This document shows, piece after piece, positions 21,056 to 31,351 of a DNA stretch of 50,702 nt. The position numbers were made by a program, and so were the translations under genes. Under the pieces are notes generated by a model, which saw only the letters and a program-made list of their open reading frames with translations, searched no databases and was not told the DNA's origin. The stretch comes from Minisyncoccota bacterium. Its GTDB lineage: Bacteria > Patescibacteriota > Minisyncoccia > Minisyncoccales > UBA10102. The number at the start of each line of letters is the position of its first letter. Position 1 is the stretch's first letter. The DNA lies in assembly GCA_036397395.1 (NCBI GenBank), contig DASWIZ010000007.1:1-50702 (forward strand), read 5' to 3'.

Positions 21056-24000
21056 TCACTGAAGGGAAGAAAATGAAATATTGTCCAAGTAAACCACAGA
21101 TCCAGCAATGCCTGACGTGTCCTGGAAGATAAAGCCTGTTATCACGTCGCCTGGCTGTACGCCCAAGTCGTTAAGTGGGATTGCTACGATGTCCCAGCTA
21201 TTATCGGGTACACGAGCAAGATACTGAACCAAAGAAACCGGCGGTAATGCTTCTGTTTGGCTGTCTAAAGCACGGATTTGAAGCTCTTGGCCGCCTTGCG
21301 CGCCTCCAGAAATTGCAAAGGATACGTGTGTCTTTCCCGCAGTATCTACACCCTCGTGGTGGAGAAAAAATCCGCCCCACCCTGCCGTGTATTCTACGCG
21401 GGCAGCGGCATCTCCTTGGAACACAAAGTCTGTTGCCGCAAAGTCTATGGCAGCATCCCATGACCAGCTTGCCCATCCGGACCGCAGGACATCATCATAC
21501 ACAACAATATCGTTTGATGGAGGGGTATTGGCGGTAACGGTAAACTCAGCGATATGACTTGCCCATCCCTGGAAATAACTCCATCCTTCACCCCAAACGC
21601 CCATATCGATGCCGTACATACCGATTTGGGCGGGTGTGTGCGTAATAGAGAATATCCGTTCCTCGCCCGCTTCAAAAAATTCATCACCAGTGTACATGCT
21701 CTCAACAGAGACCGCATTGAAATAGATCTCCAGTCCAACGACCATGTTTCCCGCCGCGCCGTCATTTCGAAGCGTCACATCCGTCGTAACCGTGTCTCCT
21801 ATAACGGGATCTGTAGGTGTTGAAACAGCACGTACAAGCGTAATGCTTGGCGTGGTAGTAGTAGAACCTTCCGTAACCAGAAACGTGTGCGCGTCACCCA
21901 CCCATTCATAAAGCCCATCCCAAAAAGGTTTGGTAAGTCCGTATGAAATGCTATAGGTGTCAGCAGCAGTTGGCGTCCAGAGGAATGAAAATGTTTTTGC
22001 TTCTCTGGCGGCGAATGTTTCAATTCCGGTATTAGCGCCAAGCGCAAGCGAACCATCGCTTGCGCGCACTTCCATATTAAGAATCATCTCCCCCATGCCG
22101 TCTCCGATATTTGTAATGGTTGGCCCTATGATAAGTTCGTTGCCGGTCGTGGGTGCAGTAGGCGTAACTACCGTACCAGTGTGCGAAGGTGTGAAGGTGC
22201 CGCCTTGCGGATACACACCCCCAATATAAAGCGGATCGCTTGTGTCAGGATCGGAGCTTCCTCCAAGGCGCCCATCGTGCCCGGCCCCGCTTGTATCGAA
22301 TGCTACCTGTCCCCAACCTTCGTGAAACTTCCAGTTTTTAATAAGGTTAAATTCGGGGCCGGGCTGTTCTTTAGTAGAAGCCGCAAGAATTTCTGCAGCG
22401 GTTCGCGGCCTGTTCCAAACGCGAAGTTCGTCGATACGTCCGTCAAATCCTCCAACGGTCGCGTCGGCCGGAATATTGCCAAGCCAAACGAAGTTCGCGC
22501 TTGTCGAAACGGCCCCCGAGTGCCCAATGCTTCCCACTTCAATACCGTTTTTATACAGCTTCATGGTGGTATTGTCATAGACAGCGCTTGCATGCACGAA
22601 TTCATCAAGCGTTATTGTTCCCGCTTCAAGCTCAACGAGTATCCCGTCCGCTCGCACAAGGAAAAAGAGCGTTCCGTCGGTTGTCGAAACTTCTCGCACC
22701 CCGAACGCCCAGTCAATATCTGCTTGTGCGGCACTTAAAGATTTCGCGATAAGATATTGATCGCCATGAAAGCCTTGGGGTACAAACCGTGCTTCAAATG
22801 TGAAGCCTGCCGGTTCTTCGATGTCCCACCACATGGTCTCGATATAGTCATCAATACCGTCGAAGTCAAGCGCTCCATTCGGCGGTATTGGCTCCCAACC
22901 GCTAGGCGCGGGCGTATCATCCCCTGTTTTTATCCAGTCCAGTTCTACTACCGCGTTATACAAGTTGTCGTAATACTCCAACTGCACCCGATGTGTTCCG
23001 TCGGCAAGATTCAACGCGCCCTGGTAGAGCGTGGCCGCCTGATCAACCCATCCATCGATAATAAGGTTGCCGTCAATAAAAAGCCGCACCCCATCATCCG
23101 CCCATACCGAAAATGTGTATTCTCCCGCCTCGAAATTAAAATCGCCGGCAAAACGTGCGGAAAACTGGTCCGCGGGCACTGCGGGATCCGGAGCGGCAAG
23201 ACCCCAGTTAAAGTGAGCGGCAGGATCTATGCGCAAGAGCACAGGCTGGCCGTTTAAAGTCATGTTGTCGTAAAATTCGCTTTGAAACTCTCCGGAAGGC
23301 ACGGAAGATTCAAGATACACATTAATGCTCGTGGTATCTTGTAAACCGGCGCTGTCGGTTACCGTAAGTTCAACCTCGACATACACATCAGTTGCCTGGT
23401 GGTCCGGGCCCAGGAATGAAACGTCGGAACCTTCAAGCTGCTGTAGAATATGGATATGCGTGTTATGGTGTAAAATAATTCTCCATTGCAAACTTGCGCC
23501 CGAAAGAGCGCCGTCTTCTGCATCCACCCCAGTGCCGGACAAAACAACCCATTCATCGGGCACATACGTTGACCCGTCAGCCGGGCTGGTAATAGCAGCT
23601 TGCGGCGCCTCGTTCCCCGCGACAACCAAAACAGAATCGCTGGACATTCCTCCGTTTCCGTCTTCCACGGTTAGGGTGGCCGTATACGAACCGTCCTGCG
23701 TATAGGTATGGGAAGGATTAGGGGTTGTTGACGTATTCCCATCGCCAAAATCCCACAAGAAGGAAAGCGGGTCGCCATCCGGGTCAAAAGATCCGGCGCT
23801 GGAAAACTGCACGGCAAGGGGGGTAAGACCCGAAGTTACGTTTGCTGCTGCTTTCGCTACGGGATCCCGGTTTCCAAGTGTATACGTAATACGGCGCAGC
23901 TCCCCCGAATAAATAGCGAGATAATATATATTTTCGTCTGGCCCAAGCATAATTTCTACGGGGCCGCCCGGGTTTGCCATAAAATCTTCCACCGCGATAA

Positions 24001-25111
24001 TACTGCCTGCCGCGTCAACCCGAATGCGCTTTAAAAAATTTATGGCAAAGTCACCAAATATATAGTCACCCTGGTATTCCGCAGGATACGAGGAACCCTG
24101 GTAAAACACACCGGCCGTAACAGATCCGGCTCCCGTATTTGGGTCGTGGGCATAGGCGTACCAGGGGTCTACATAGTTTGGGGCGACACAATCATACCCG
24201 GGGGCGGCCCCGTACCCTTCCCGACACGGCCAGCCAAAGTTTGATCCCGCCTGCCCTTTGTTTATTTCTTCTGCCGTAAACCAGCCCACATCTCCCAAAT
24301 ATGGCAGTCCGGTATTAGGATGAAAACTAAATCGAAACGCGTTGCGCAAACCATAGCTCCAAACTTTTGAACGGTTCGACGTGGGGTCGCCGTTGTAAAA
24401 CGGGTTATCTGAAGGGGCGGCGCCGTCGGAATTCAATCGGAGCATTTTTCCTGCCAGGCTGTCTATGTCCTGAGCGCGTTCTGAAAGCGGATCGGGAAAT
24501 TCAAAACTCGAACCGTCACCCAGCGTCGCGTACAACATGCCGTCTGGCCCAAAACGCAATCCTCCCATGCTGTGGCTCCCTTCGTCAGAAGGAATACAGT
24601 CCGCTCCCGCGGGGTAATCCGTACAGGAAGGCGCCTGGGGCGTGCCGCCAACCGTACCCACCAAAACTTCCATGGTACCCATATCCGCCGTATCGCCTAC
24701 CGCTTTCACGCGCGCGATTCGCCCGGTTTTCGGCCCCTCATAGTTTGCGGGGTCGTTCTCGTACGTATAACTTACATATACCCAGCCGTTGGCGGCAAAA
24801 TCAGGGTCTAAAGCAATGCCAATTAGTCCTCGATCACCGTAATCGCTAACGTCTGCAAGCTGAAGGAACGGAGTAGCCAACACAGCGCCATTTTTTACGA
24901 TTTTTACCGCCCCTTGCTTTTCTGCAACAAAAATACGGCCGTCCGGGGCAAAAGCAATGCTGGTAGGAAGGTTTAATCCGCCCACCACGGTTTTTACCTC
25001 AAAGCCCGCAGGTAACGCGTGCGCCACAGAAGGAACATATAAAAACGCAACGCAAAAACTTATAACCCCAAAACAAGCGTACAGCGTATATTTTTGCATA
25101 TAATTTACCAC
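21056..25111 (-). CDS. 1351-aa secreted multidomain protein: PQQ-type sugar dehydrogenase beta-propeller, PKD, PA14, LamG-like, and C-terminal Ig/CBM-like repeats
   Basis: GFEVKTVVGGLNLPTSIAFAPDGRIFVAEKQG (glucose/sorbosone dehydrogenase type). PLAVQFSSAGSFDPDGDPLSFLWDFGDG (PKD). FYDNMTLNGQPV ... FSARFAGDFNFEAGEYTF (PA14). ALDFDGIDDYIE ... DGRIDELRVWNR (LamG/Laminin_G_3). An alternative start is at 25099. Confidence 0.8.
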   Translation of the reverse strand: MVNYMQKYTLYACFGVISFCVAFLYVPSVAHALPAGFEVKTVVGGLNLPTSIAFAPDGRIFVAEKQGAVKIVKNGAVLATPFLQLADVSDYGDRGLIGIALDPDFAANGWVYVSYTYENDPANYEGPKTGRIARVKAVGDTADMGTMEVLVGTVGGTPQAPSCTDYPAGADCIPSDEGSHSMGGLRFGPDGMLYATLGDGSSFEFPDPLSERAQDIDSLAGKMLRLNSDGAAPSDNPFYNGDPTSNRSKVWSYGLRNAFRFSFHPNTGLPYLGDVGWFTAEEINKGQAGSNFGWPCREGYGAAPGYDCVAPNYVDPWYAYAHDPNTGAGSVTAGVFYQGSSYPAEYQGDYIFGDFAINFLKRIRVDAAGSIIAVEDFMANPGGPVEIMLGPDENIYYLAIYSGELRRITYTLGNRDPVAKAAANVTSGLTPLAVQFSSAGSFDPDGDPLSFLWDFGDGNTSTTPNPSHTYTQDGSYTATLTVEDGNGGMSSDSVLVVAGNEAPQAAITSPADGSTYVPDEWVVLSGTGVDAEDGALSGASLQWRIILHHNTHIHILQQLEGSDVSFLGPDHQATDVYVEVELTVTDSAGLQDTTSINVYLESSVPSGEFQSEFYDNMTLNGQPVLLRIDPAAHFNWGLAAPDPAVPADQFSARFAGDFNFEAGEYTFSVWADDGVRLFIDGNLIIDGWVDQAATLYQGALNLADGTHRVQLEYYDNLYNAVVELDWIKTGDDTPAPSGWEPIPPNGALDFDGIDDYIETMWWDIEEPAGFTFEARFVPQGFHGDQYLIAKSLSAAQADIDWAFGVREVSTTDGTLFFLVRADGILVELEAGTITLDEFVHASAVYDNTTMKLYKNGIEVGSIGHSGAVSTSANFVWLGNIPADATVGGFDGRIDELRVWNRPRTAAEILAASTKEQPGPEFNLIKNWKFHEGWGQVAFDTSGAGHDGRLGGSSDPDTSDPLYIGGVYPQGGTFTPSHTGTVVTPTAPTTGNELIIGPTITNIGDGMGEMILNMEVRASDGSLALGANTGIETFAAREAKTFSFLWTPTAADTYSISYGLTKPFWDGLYEWVGDAHTFLVTEGSTTTTPSITLVRAVSTPTDPVIGDTVTTDVTLRNDGAAGNMVVGLEIYFNAVSVESMYTGDEFFEAGEERIFSITHTPAQIGMYGIDMGVWGEGWSYFQGWASHIAEFTVTANTPPSNDIVVYDDVLRSGWASWSWDAAIDFAATDFVFQGDAAARVEYTAGWGGFFLHHEGVDTAGKTHVSFAISGGAQGGQELQIRALDSQTEALPPVSLVQYLARVPDNSWDIVAIPLNDLGVQPGDVITGFIFQDTSGIAGSVVYLDNISFSSLQ

Positions 25112-26835
25112 GTATTATCTCTTGTTATAGCGGGACTGTCGATCGTATCAGCCCTCTGCATTTCCTGGTATATACCCCCTGGATCCCAAGAAATAATCGA
25201 CGCGTTTATTGAAGGAATCTTGGAAAGCATATACCCGTTGCGCTCCGCGAATATTTCAACCACCGGTTCTTTTACCTTGTACACCTTTCGCGTCTTTGTT
25301 TCAAATACAAGTTCATAATACCGGCCAAACACGTCAGAATTTCCCCAGGCGACATAAATAGGTTCCGTTGTTTCCGCCCAGAGATCCTGGCTTTCCGGAT
25401 TGTACATTACTACCCACCTCGCAAATAGCCAGGGCTCTTGTATGGTCTGATCGTAAAATTTGTAATTGGCTTCGTAAATAAAATTCTTTAAGGAAATGCC
25501 CATGCCCCCGGCCAAAGAATCGTTAATGGTGCGGGTGAGCAAAATTTTTCCGTAATCGTACTCTTTTTGGAACTCCGTGGTTAACGCGACCACATCGGCC
25601 TCGTCTCTTCCAAGGTTTTGCCTTACCTCCCGAAACTGATTTTGGAACAATACCCCGTAAGAATGAGCCGCGGAAACCCCCAGAAAAGCAAAACACGCGA
25701 AAGAAAGAACAATGGGCGCCAGCGCGGAAGGCAGCGGCAGTTTTTTTATCTTGTCAGATAACGCCCACGCGCAGAGCAGGGGCGCGACAAGAACAAAACC
25801 AATCCACGTTAACGCGTACCGTTCGTTAAAAAACACGCCAAACGGCGCAAGCTCTGGCACCATAATAGGTGGAGCTCCGCGGAACAGGCTAATCAAAACC
25901 ATAAAAGCCGGGCTTGCCAAAACAAGCAGCGGGGCAAGCTGAAACAGGTTTTTCCAGAACAGCAAAACCAATCCCGCGACACTTCCCAGCGCCGCAAACA
26001 CCATGGGTTTGCCCAACATATAGAAAGACGCTTCAAGAAAATACTTTATGGATAAGAAAAAGTTATGTTTTGTGGGAAATTCCTCGGGATCCCGGATCCA
26101 CCAGCCGCCCGTAAAGGAAAGCGGGCTGCCCCCATAAATCCAGCCGTATATAAGTACCGCGGCAAATCCCCACGAAGCTAAAAATAAAAATATCACCAGG
26201 GAAGCCTCTATTTCATTTCGGGCCTTTTTCTGGCTCCACAAGCGCAAGGCAACAAGGCCGCCAAGCAAAGGTATTAGTATAAGCCCTTCGTATCTTGAAA
26301 TGGTAGCCAATGTTACGAACAAAGCAGAAAGAATAAGCAGGCGCAATTTTTGTTCCTGCAGCCATCGGGTAAAAAAGTACGCCACTCCCGCGACATTGGC
26401 CAGAAATAATACTTCCATCATAGGGGTTACGGCATAATACAGCACATACGGGTTCAGTAAAAACAACAGCCCACCCATAAACGAAACGCCCCGATGTCGC
26501 GTAATGAAAAGCAGGGTACGAAAAAGAAATAAGGCCCCCAGCACCAAAAATGGGAGCAACACCACAAACCCCGCCAAACCGCTCCGATATAAGCTGTCGT
26601 ACGGCGCTGCCACCGGAACCAGCAGTATATGCAGCAAGGGCGGCCAAAAACCAAACTGGCTTATGCCGGGCGTAATGCTGTCTACCGTAAGGCGCGCAAA
26701 GTTCAGGTGCGCGCTTTGGTCGGTCAACACGCGCGTAAGCCCAAGAAAAAACACATACCCCGCGCTTAAAATGCCAAGACCTGTCCCTATGGCAGCCAAC
26801 GCATACTCTGTCTGTATCGCAAAAATTTTTCTCAT
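25105..26835 (-). CDS. polytopic GT-C type glycosyltransferase (ArnT/PMT-like), putative
   Basis: 576 aa with about 11-13 TM helices in the N-terminal 400 aa and a soluble C-terminal domain. This is a general GT39/ArnT-like architecture; no sharp motif was verified. Confidence 0.55.
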   Translation of the reverse strand: MRKIFAIQTEYALAAIGTGLGILSAGYVFFLGLTRVLTDQSAHLNFARLTVDSITPGISQFGFWPPLLHILLVPVAAPYDSLYRSGLAGFVVLLPFLVLGALFLFRTLLFITRHRGVSFMGGLLFLLNPYVLYYAVTPMMEVLFLANVAGVAYFFTRWLQEQKLRLLILSALFVTLATISRYEGLILIPLLGGLVALRLWSQKKARNEIEASLVIFLFLASWGFAAVLIYGWIYGGSPLSFTGGWWIRDPEEFPTKHNFFLSIKYFLEASFYMLGKPMVFAALGSVAGLVLLFWKNLFQLAPLLVLASPAFMVLISLFRGAPPIMVPELAPFGVFFNERYALTWIGFVLVAPLLCAWALSDKIKKLPLPSALAPIVLSFACFAFLGVSAAHSYGVLFQNQFREVRQNLGRDEADVVALTTEFQKEYDYGKILLTRTINDSLAGGMGISLKNFIYEANYKFYDQTIQEPWLFARWVVMYNPESQDLWAETTEPIYVAWGNSDVFGRYYELVFETKTRKVYKVKEPVVEIFAERNGYMLSKIPSINASIISWDPGGIYQEMQRADTIDSPAITRDNTW

Positions 26836-28337
26836 ATCCTTTCCATCACAAAATCAATAGACATACATTCTTGGACTTGTGTTTTTTCTTGCGCAAGATG
26901 CAATCCGTGAGTCGTCTTTTCCCATTGGTAAGGACTGTACACCAGCTGTACCACCGCCCTTCCCGTGGCAAACGCAAGCAAAAGCCAGTAAAGAGGCGAA
27001 AGCAAAGCGTATTTTACCAATCCATACTTCCTTCTTTTAAACGAGGCTATCGCGTTAAAGTATATAAATAACATATTCCCACCAATAAAACTTATGGTAG
27101 AAATGGAAAGGACCGGGCCCGCGAACAGTTCCTGCACAAAAAGAGAATGGGTAATAAACCACGTAAGCAAAAGCGCCCAATAAAAAAGATTAAAAAAGTT
27201 CAAGGCCACGTTCCCGGGCACAATGAAAAGGAAGGCGACAAAGTTTTTCCACCCTCCCAAGTCCTTTTTTAAGGCTATGGGATCGCGCAAATGCACAACG
27301 GAAGACTGCAGAAACCCCTTCATCCAACGGGTACGCTGGCGCATCCACGCGGACAGGCTTGTTACCGCTTCCTCTTTACTTTGCGAGTCCAAAACACCGG
27401 TCCGGTATCCCATACGGCACAACGCAATCCCCATATCGCAATCCTCTGCCACATTATATGGATCCCACGCCTGGACTTTGCGCAGCGCTTCTACCCGAAA
27501 ATGGGTGCTGTGGCCGGACAACGGCAATGGAAACCCGAACTTTTGCAGCCCGGGCAAAAACAAGTCGTAATAAAAGTTAAACTCTATATTAAAAAGCCTG
27601 GTAAGAAGATTTTGTTCCGTGTTGTAGTGGTCCAGCCTTGTTTGCAGGCACGCAATGTTGGGATACGCGCGGAAGGCGAGGACTGCCTTTTTCAGCTGGT
27701 CTGGGTCGGGAATAATTTCCGCGTCGTAAATAACAATGAACTCCCCTTGTACCTGGGAAAAAGCCACGTTCAGCGCTTTTGGTTTTGTTTTAGGGGACAC
27801 GTTCGGAAGCTGGATAAGGCGCACGTGGTCAGGGAAGTTTGCTTGTTCAATTGCCTTCCTGGTTTCTGCGTCATACTCCTCTAACGTAATAAGAATTTCC
27901 AGTTTTTCTGAGGGGTAGTCAATTGCTTCCATGGCCTGCTTTATTTGCGGAACTATTGGCGCTTCCTGGTACAGCGGTATTAAAATCGTGTAAAAGGGAA
28001 GCTTGCTCGCCGACAACGCCCGGACGCTTTTGTCTGGAAAGCTAAGAAACGATTCTTCCAGGGCGTTTCGAATAACCCAAAGTTTAAAAAGCATATGCCC
28101 TAAATACAAGCTTGCCAAAAGCCCGGACAGCGTTACCAAAACAGGCCAGGCAAACGCAACGCGGAAAAACAAAACAACACTGGCAACGGCAAGCAACCCC
28201 GTACCCAAGAAAAAGAAGGTCTCTGGATACCAGGCCTTCTTAAAACTTTGTATGTTGGGACGAAGCAGGTAATCGAAAGTCGGCTCGAACTGCCAACCTG
28301 TCCTATCTTGTAGCTCGGGCTCCCGGAGTGTGTCCAT
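26832..28337 (-). CDS. membrane-embedded processive family-2 glycosyltransferase
   Basis: ILIPLYQE ... DYP ... IVIYDAEIIPD ... VAEDCDMG ... QRTRWMKG (the Q-x-x-R-W motif), with TM helices on both sides. It overlaps the next gene by 4 nt. Confidence 0.8.
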   Translation of the reverse strand: MDTLREPELQDRTGWQFEPTFDYLLRPNIQSFKKAWYPETFFFLGTGLLAVASVVLFFRVAFAWPVLVTLSGLLASLYLGHMLFKLWVIRNALEESFLSFPDKSVRALSASKLPFYTILIPLYQEAPIVPQIKQAMEAIDYPSEKLEILITLEEYDAETRKAIEQANFPDHVRLIQLPNVSPKTKPKALNVAFSQVQGEFIVIYDAEIIPDPDQLKKAVLAFRAYPNIACLQTRLDHYNTEQNLLTRLFNIEFNFYYDLFLPGLQKFGFPLPLSGHSTHFRVEALRKVQAWDPYNVAEDCDMGIALCRMGYRTGVLDSQSKEEAVTSLSAWMRQRTRWMKGFLQSSVVHLRDPIALKKDLGGWKNFVAFLFIVPGNVALNFFNLFYWALLLTWFITHSLFVQELFAGPVLSISTISFIGGNMLFIYFNAIASFKRRKYGLVKYALLSPLYWLLLAFATGRAVVQLVYSPYQWEKTTHGLHLAQEKTQVQECMSIDFVMERI

Positions 28338-28434
28338 AGTTTCCCATCAAACAGTGTTTCCCCCACCATTCCTAAACCTTATCGCACTGTTACCTGGTGT
28401 GTCAATATGACAGGAAGGACAGTTTTTGTGTGTC

Positions 28435-30474
28435 CTAAAGACGCGTCTTACGAAGCAACAGCGCGTTTGCTACCACAATAACCGAACTGGCGGACATTAA
28501 CAAGGCTGCCCATTCGGGCCGCAAAAGAATGCCGAAAGGGAAAAGGATGCCGGCTGCCATGGGAATGGCAACAATATTGTATCCGGCGGCCCACGCCAAA
28601 TTTTGTTTCATTTTGCTGTTTGTTTTCTGGGACAGTCTAATGGCTTTTACCACGTCGCTCGGGTTGTCTTTTACCAACACGATCTCGGCAGATTCTATGG
28701 CAACATCGGTGCCGGCCCCAATGGCAATGCCCACGTGAGCCTGCGTTAGGGAAGCGGCATCATTTACACCGTCCCCTACCATGGCCACAATTTCGCCCTT
28801 TTGCTGCAATTCTTTTATTTTGTTTACTTTGTCTTCCGGCAGTACCCTTGCGAAATACGTGTCAATTCCAAGTTCTTTTGCTACTGATTTTGCCACGTTT
28901 TCCGCGTCTCCTGTAATCATTGCCACCTTTATGCCCATATCCTTTAAACTCTTAATGGCTTCAAACGACTCTGGCCTAATTGCGTCTCCCAAGTTTATTG
29001 CGCCAAGTTTTTCATTATCCCGAGACACCTCAACTATCGTGTAAACGCCCCGTTCCTTTCCAGCTTGCAATACTTGAACTTCTTTTCCTTCTACTTTTCC
29101 TCGCACTCCTTTTCCGGGGATACGCGCAAAATCCTCAACGCGCAGAAGTTGTATGTTGTTTTCTTTTGCCTTCCGTACAATTGCCCTTGCGATTGGGTGT
29201 TCGGAAAACGATTCTAGAGAAGCCGCAAGCTGTAAAACCTGCTCTGATACTTCACCTGCAACTTCGTGCTGTCCCTTGGTAAGCGTGCCTGTTTTGTCGA
29301 ATACCACGTAGGTAAGTTTGCGCGCGATTTCGGCGGCTTTCATGTCGCGGATTAAAATGCCGTTTTTTGCGGCAAGAGAACTGGTAATGGTAGTTACCGT
29401 AGGGATAGCCAAACCTAACGCGTGCGGACAGGCAATAACAACTACGCTTATTGCCAAACTGCCGGCAAAAATCGCGGGAATTGCACCCTGCGGCATCACA
29501 AACAGCCAAAACAAAAACGTGCCGCTTCCCACGATCACGGCAATGTAAAACAGCCAGGAAGCTGCGCGGTCGGCAAGTTCTTGCACAGGAGGCTTTGTTT
29601 CCTGGGCCTGCCGGATTAATTCCATTATTTGGGAAATCGCCGTTTCCTCGCCAGTCTTGCTCACTTCCACGGTAAGAGAACCATCGTTGTTTATGGTGCC
29701 GCCGATAACTTCGCTTCCCGCTTTTTTCGCAACCGGTTTTGACTCCCCTGTTACCATAGACTCATTTACCGAGCTCTCTCCTTCTTTTACCACGCCGTCT
29801 ATGGGAACTTTTTCTCCGGGCCGCACCAATACCACATCTCCCACGGAAAGTTCCTGCGTTGATACGTCCTGGGGTTCGCCCTGTACCAGCTTATGCGCGG
29901 TAGGCGGAATAAGCTTTGCCAGTTCCGCCAAAGCGCCGCTCGCCCCGCGTATAGCTCGCATTTCCATCCAATGGCCAAACAAAAACGCAAGCACCAAAGT
30001 AGAAACTTCCCAGTACAAGGATTCGCCCTCAAACAAAAACGTGGCGGACACGGAAAACAAGTAGCCGGCCAGCACCGCAAAGCTTACCAGCGTCATCATG
30101 GCCGGAGCTTTGTTTTGGAGCTCGGCTTTTGCCATTTGGTAAAACGGCCAGCCTGCCCATAGTGCGATTACCGAGGCCAAACCAAAAAGAACAAGATTAA
30201 TTCCGGAAAATGCGATTTCAAACCCAAACCATTCCTGGATTTTAGGCGAAAGTGCCAGCACAATCAGCGTTAAAGGCACCGCCGCAAAAAACCGCCGGCG
30301 AAACTGCTCCTCCATACCCGCGTGATGGCCGCCATGCGCGTCCCGCGAAGCTTTAGCGGAGTGGAATTCATCATGCTCTGCATCTCCCATAGGCGCCAAA
30401 TTCATCCCGCATTTCGGGCACTTCCCCGGCTTTTTAGCCACCACCTCCGGATCCATCGGACACGTGTACATCAT
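28435..30474 (-). CDS. copB: heavy-metal P1B-type ATPase, CopB-like (CPH motif)
   Basis: N-terminal YTCPMDPEV ... CPKCGMNL zinc-ribbon-like metal-binding domain. TM motif ACPHALGLA, DKTGTLT, and MVGDGVNDA. Confidence 0.9.
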   Translation of the reverse strand: MMYTCPMDPEVVAKKPGKCPKCGMNLAPMGDAEHDEFHSAKASRDAHGGHHAGMEEQFRRRFFAAVPLTLIVLALSPKIQEWFGFEIAFSGINLVLFGLASVIALWAGWPFYQMAKAELQNKAPAMMTLVSFAVLAGYLFSVSATFLFEGESLYWEVSTLVLAFLFGHWMEMRAIRGASGALAELAKLIPPTAHKLVQGEPQDVSTQELSVGDVVLVRPGEKVPIDGVVKEGESSVNESMVTGESKPVAKKAGSEVIGGTINNDGSLTVEVSKTGEETAISQIMELIRQAQETKPPVQELADRAASWLFYIAVIVGSGTFLFWLFVMPQGAIPAIFAGSLAISVVVIACPHALGLAIPTVTTITSSLAAKNGILIRDMKAAEIARKLTYVVFDKTGTLTKGQHEVAGEVSEQVLQLAASLESFSEHPIARAIVRKAKENNIQLLRVEDFARIPGKGVRGKVEGKEVQVLQAGKERGVYTIVEVSRDNEKLGAINLGDAIRPESFEAIKSLKDMGIKVAMITGDAENVAKSVAKELGIDTYFARVLPEDKVNKIKELQQKGEIVAMVGDGVNDAASLTQAHVGIAIGAGTDVAIESAEIVLVKDNPSDVVKAIRLSQKTNSKMKQNLAWAAGYNIVAIPMAAGILFPFGILLRPEWAALLMSASSVIVVANALLLRKTRL

Positions 30475-30475
30475 A

Positions 30476-31039
30476 TTATTTCTTTTGAATTTGCTTCCAT
30501 AGCCATATTGCGGCTAAAATACCAACTATAAGCCAAACTATCCATGTAAAGAAAAATACCCACCCTAGGGCCCCAAAAGGCGTAAATCCAAATCCCATCA
30601 TAGATTGAAACGATTGGTTTGTATTGAAGGGAGTCGACCATCCTCCCATCATGCCACCGCCCATCATTTGCATCATAGGCATAAAACTCATGCCTTGTGG
30701 AGAGAACGTTGCCGAGGTATCGCAGCCAGAGAGACGCTTGCCCATTGCAACATGAACCTGTTCTTCTCCTTCCTCGCCCATCATTTGTATCATCATGGCG
30801 TTCATTGCTTCATGCGAGGTTCCCGTCATTAAGCCCATAAAATATTCGCCGAGAGCCCCGAAGTCGCCGTCGGACAAATCATTACAGCTTATTTCTTCTG
30901 CCTGAAGTTTTTCCCAAATCGCCTTTCCTTCGGCTTCCTCACGGGCAGTATGCCCGTCATCACCCTGCGCGAAAGACAAACCGGGAAAAGCAACCCCCAG
31001 AATCAAGACGCCGATTGCTAGTACAATATATTTTTTCAT
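30476..31039 (-). CDS. secreted Met-rich protein (putative Cu(I)-binding)
   Basis: Signal peptide, Met clusters (MNAMMIQMMGEEG and MSFMPMMQMMGGGMMGGW), and a C-terminal TM helix. It ends 1 nt before the copB start. Confidence 0.6.
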   Translation of the reverse strand: MKKYIVLAIGVLILGVAFPGLSFAQGDDGHTAREEAEGKAIWEKLQAEEISCNDLSDGDFGALGEYFMGLMTGTSHEAMNAMMIQMMGEEGEEQVHVAMGKRLSGCDTSATFSPQGMSFMPMMQMMGGGMMGGWSTPFNTNQSFQSMMGFGFTPFGALGWVFFFTWIVWLIVGILAAIWLWKQIQKK

Positions 31040-31051
31040 AAAGCTTACTGT

Positions 31052-31312
31052 TTATTTACTCAACTTCACCAGAAGTTTTTCGTATAGCCAGACGAAGGCG
31101 TACACGATACCAAACGTAATAACGGCAGCTTCAACCATTCCCGCGAGAATTCCTCCGATGCTTAAGTCAAAAAACATGTGCCACTGCCGCATTGCTTCAA
31201 CCGCCCCAGTGTACAAACCCATATTGCCCAGTACTCCCAACAAAAGCATTGCTCCTGCCGCTACTATGGCCGCGGCGCCCGACGAGGCGAGCGCGTGACT
31301 TTTTATGTTCAT
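31052..31312 (-). CDS. small membrane protein (86 aa)
   Basis: Two to three hydrophobic helices; it lies between csoR and the Met-rich gene. Confidence 0.5.
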   Translation of the reverse strand: MNIKSHALASSGAAAIVAAGAMLLLGVLGNMGLYTGAVEAMRQWHMFFDLSIGGILAGMVEAAVITFGIVYAFVWLYEKLLVKLSK

Positions 31313-31351
31313 AGATATTGCAAAATTTGTTTGTTACCTCGACCTTTGATA

